Assembly (NCBI GenBank): GCA_043228905.1 | Contig: JBHGNT010000015.1 | Coordinates: 10,788,001 to 10,852,000 of the forward strand | Reading direction: 5' to 3' | DNA: 64,000 nt | Origin: Azolla caroliniana | Lineage: Eukaryota > Plantae > Polypodiophyta | In this document: piece by piece, positions 60,717-64,000 of the stretch | Numbering within the stretch: position 1 is the first letter of the stretch | Layout of the letters: the number at the start of each line of letters is the position of its first letter | Position numbers and translations under genes: made by a program | The notes under the pieces: model-generated | Seen by the model: the letters and a program-made list of their open reading frames with translations, nothing else | Database searches by the model: none | What the model was told of the DNA's origin: nothing

Positions 60717-63700
60717 GTGCACGATCTTGGAAACTGTCATACGCAGGTACTCAACCCCAATCGAATGCTACTTGATCTTCCGCATTGACGGCCTTGTCTT
60801 CAACATTTGGTATCAGAGCCAGGTCCCTCAACCCGCTGTCGGCCGTCATCACAGCCTGCACAGTATTCGGCCTTTCGCTTCATCCTAGTCTGCAAAGCAT
60901 TCGGTTTCCTGCGTCATTCGAAGAAACAGAGAAGAAAGTAGGCAAACACAAGCTTGAATCTCGCTGCGTTAGATCATCACTCGGAGTAAGCCAGTCGGCT
61001 GTACTCTACCTCCTTGATCGTAACTGCTTGAGGTGGGCTTCCTGCACAACGACGACTTCAAGGACAACCCCAGTTCGTGTTTCATTCGATTGGACAATAA
61101 TCGGAAGGACCAGTCGGTTCCATTGCTCTCACCGTTGCAGTCAACCGAAACCGAATCGGCTTGAAGTACTGTCGGATCGTTAAATCTAGGTTCAACTCGA
61201 CTAAGACAGTTGTCGGTAGTCAATCCGAACCAAATCCCCGATTCTCCGTAATCAACATCACTTGTGTCCAACTTCGGCTAGAACAACACTGAGTGGGCCA
61301 AACCGCTGCACTTCACCAAAGTTCGTAGCCGACTTAGGGCAGAGTCATGACATCAACATCCGGCTCGTCAGAAATGAGTCTACGAAAGTTCGATGGATCG
61401 AACTTCAACTTCTAGAAGGAGCAAATGCAGGACTATCTCATAGTCAAGGGGCAAATCGATCCCATCGAAAATGAAGTACCTCCAGAAGGATACAAACCAA
61501 TTGAGTGGCAGAAGCTGGACAGAATCGTCCGCGCCACGATTCGGATGCACCTATCGGAATCGGTATACTTTACGGTGCAATCGTGTACGACAGCATTCGA
61601 ACTGTGGAAAACACTGTCGGACACCTACGAAAAGAAGGTCGCTGCAACGAAGATGTTTCTGATCCGGCGCCTCTACAACTTGCGGATGAAATAATCAGAT
61701 TCGGTTCAAGCACATCTCAATGAGTACGAAAGCATAAGCTCCCAAATCTCATCTCAGGGGACGGCAATCGAGGATGAACTCAGAGCAATGATACTCATGA
61801 GCAGCCTTCCCTCATCATGGGAAACTTTCGTCACAACCGTGTGCAACGCGTCAACCACGGCTGTTAAATACTCCGAAGTCACGAGCGCAATCCTGACCGA
61901 AGCAGCTCGGAGAAAGTCTTTCGCCAAAGACTCAACAGACGACGCTTATGTAGTACAAGGTTCGACAGATCGATCGAACATACGAGGAAGAGATTCCTCA
62001 CGGCAGCCGAACAATCAGCGAAGACGGAGCCAGTCACGGGATAATCGAATCTGCAACTATTGCAAGAAACCCGGACACATCAAAGCCGACTGCCGCGCAC
62101 TCAAGAACAAGAACGACAAGTCTCAGAAATCAGACAAGAAGAGTGGCCGGCATGAGGAGATCAATTACGTCAGCTTCTCAACTGATGTGCTACCAAACGA
62201 CCCGAATATACTATCAATCGAAAATCCAGTCGGATCAGAAGTTCTGCTCACGACTGAAGAATCGAGCACATGGCTCTTAGATTCGGGCGCGTCATTTCAC
62301 GTGACTCCTCATCGATCCCAATTTCGGCAATATACGATCCGTCACTCCGACTCAGTTCGAGTCGGCAACTCGCAACACTGTGACATCATTGGAATCGGCA
62401 CAGTAGAGCTCAACCTTGCAGGTGGCTCTACACTTGTACTTCACAATGTCCGACATGTACCCGAGCTCTCAAGGCCATTGATCTCAGTCGGACAACTAGA
62501 TGAAGACGGCATTCGTGCCGGTTTTTCTTCGGGAGGGTGGACACTCCACAGGGGGAACCTCCTGCTTGCTAGAGGACCCAAGATACACTCACTGTATCCG
62601 TTACATGTTACGCTCAGAGAGGGTAACCTGTTTTTGGTGGATATTCCTGTGTCATCACTATGGCACAGAAGATTAGGACACCTCAGCAAGGCCGGCATTA
62701 CGCACCTATCTAGAGCCGGATACATCCCTAAACTCTCCTTCTCGGACCATCAATTCTGCGAACATTGCCAGTATGGCAAACAAGCAGCCGCATCACACCC
62801 GACATCAGCACCAAGAGAAACGAGACCTCTCGATTTAGTCCACTCGGACGTCTGTGGCCCAATGCCGCATCAGTCTCTCGGCGGTGCCTCTTACTTCATC
62901 AGTTTTATTGACGATTCGACTCGAAAGGTGTGGGCTTATCCAATTCGCACCAAAGATCGTGTCTTCTCGATCTTCTCTGATTGGCTCGCTATGGTAGAAA
63001 ATCAAACTGACCGAAAACTGAAATGCTTTCGGACCGACAATGGGGGAGAGTTCAAATCAGAAGAATTCGTCAAATTCTGCCGACAACGCGGCATCCGACG
63101 TGAATTTACGGCACCACACAGTCCGGAGCAAAACGGGATTGCAGAACGCATGAATCGGACAATCCAAGAACGGATAGTTTCCATGCTCCAACACTCCGGA
63201 CTGTCGGATGGCTTCTGGGCAGAGGCTCTACTCACGGCAGTACACATAATCAATATGTCGCCAAGCAGACCTCTAGGACTTCAAATTCCTCAGGAACTAT
63301 GGATCGGCAGTAAGCCGAATTACGACAAGCTGAGGATCTTCGGATGCGAGGCGTACGCCCTTATTCCGAAAGATGATCGCCGAAAACTTGCACCTCGGTC
63401 CAGGAAATGCATTTTCCTTGGATATGGATCAGACGGCGAAATGGGATACCGACTCTGGGACCCCGAACGCAGACAAATCGTTCGAAGTTCGGACGTTGTG
63501 TTCAACGAGTCGGCTATGAATCCATCAGTCGAAACACCGATCGAAGTCCGAAGGGTAACATTTTCCGATGTGCCGACCCTTCAAGAAGGCCCCGCTCTTA
63601 ACACACGGTCAGCTTCACGGGTAGCTGAACCTTACACTACCGACTCGGACAACTCTGACTCGGCACAGCAGAATAATTCGCTTTCAGACCATCCGACCTC

Positions 63701-64000
63701 GATACCCGATACGACCAGTCCAATCATACCTCGACGATCCGAGAGACTGTCGCAACCTCCGGAGAGGTATTCTCCTGGAATTTTCTTCACCGACGTCTTA
63801 CGAAGAAGCATCGACATCTGTCGATTCAGCCACCTGGCATCTGGCGATGGAGTCGGAAATGCACTCCATTCGGGCAAACAAGACTTGGGATCTGGTCGAA
63901 TTACCTAAGAATCGACGTGCTCTTCCTTGCAAGTGGGTTTATCTACTAAAAGAGACGTCTGATTCGACCACCCCAAAGTACAAGGCCAGATTAGTTGCGA
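60495..64000 (+). mobile_element. Ty1/copia element I (family B), continues beyond the window
   Basis: 5' LTR 60495-60805 (TGTCGAATAC...CAACA), PBS 60808-60819, left flank AGGGT in the H 3' LTR. Confidence 0.93.
61347..64000 (+). pseudogene. Copia I gag-pol, nearly identical to the B polyprotein but disabled
   Basis: ATG at 61347, premature TAG ~61413 and TAA 61692, and a 14-bp deletion between ACCGACG repeats near 63795 causing a frameshift. Confidence 0.9.

Noticed and set aside
56273-64000. Segmental duplication of the A+B nest
   Set aside because: Insertion site, orientation and LTR sequence of I differ from B, and H has different deletions and a different host from A.

Overview
Repeat-dense eukaryotic genomic DNA. 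The TE lineages present point to a non-seed land plant such as a fern or lycophyte, but that is inference. Most of the window is a deeply nested stack of LTR retrotransposons. These are two Tcn1-like chromoviral Ty3/gypsy elements, at least nine Ty1/copia elements or remnants (labelled A-J), one copia solo LTR, and three ~1.1-kb TG..CA solo-LTR-like inserts, two with clear 4-bp TSDs. A TIR DNA-transposon family is also present, as one 297-bp MITE and a decayed larger copy with a Sola2-like transposase remnant. The only host gene seen is an intronless VFB/SKIP2-type F-box/LRR gene (26785-28521, minus). Copia B (8162-13530) has identical LTRs and an intact 1338-aa polyprotein, so it is very recent. 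Most interesting signals: (i) both chromovirus LTR families share an antisense tRNA-like A/B-box module, then a perfect heat-shock-element array, a TATA box and a self-priming motif; (ii) four copia insertions land within about 36 bp of other LTRs' TATA boxes, including family B hitting family A's 3' LTR twice, 16 bp apart; (iii) one copia lineage has a duplicated PPT and a conserved acidic/basic tail after RNase H; (iv) a PBS has been replaced by a copy of the element's own 3' flank. Boundaries and identities were read by eye; no database searches were run.
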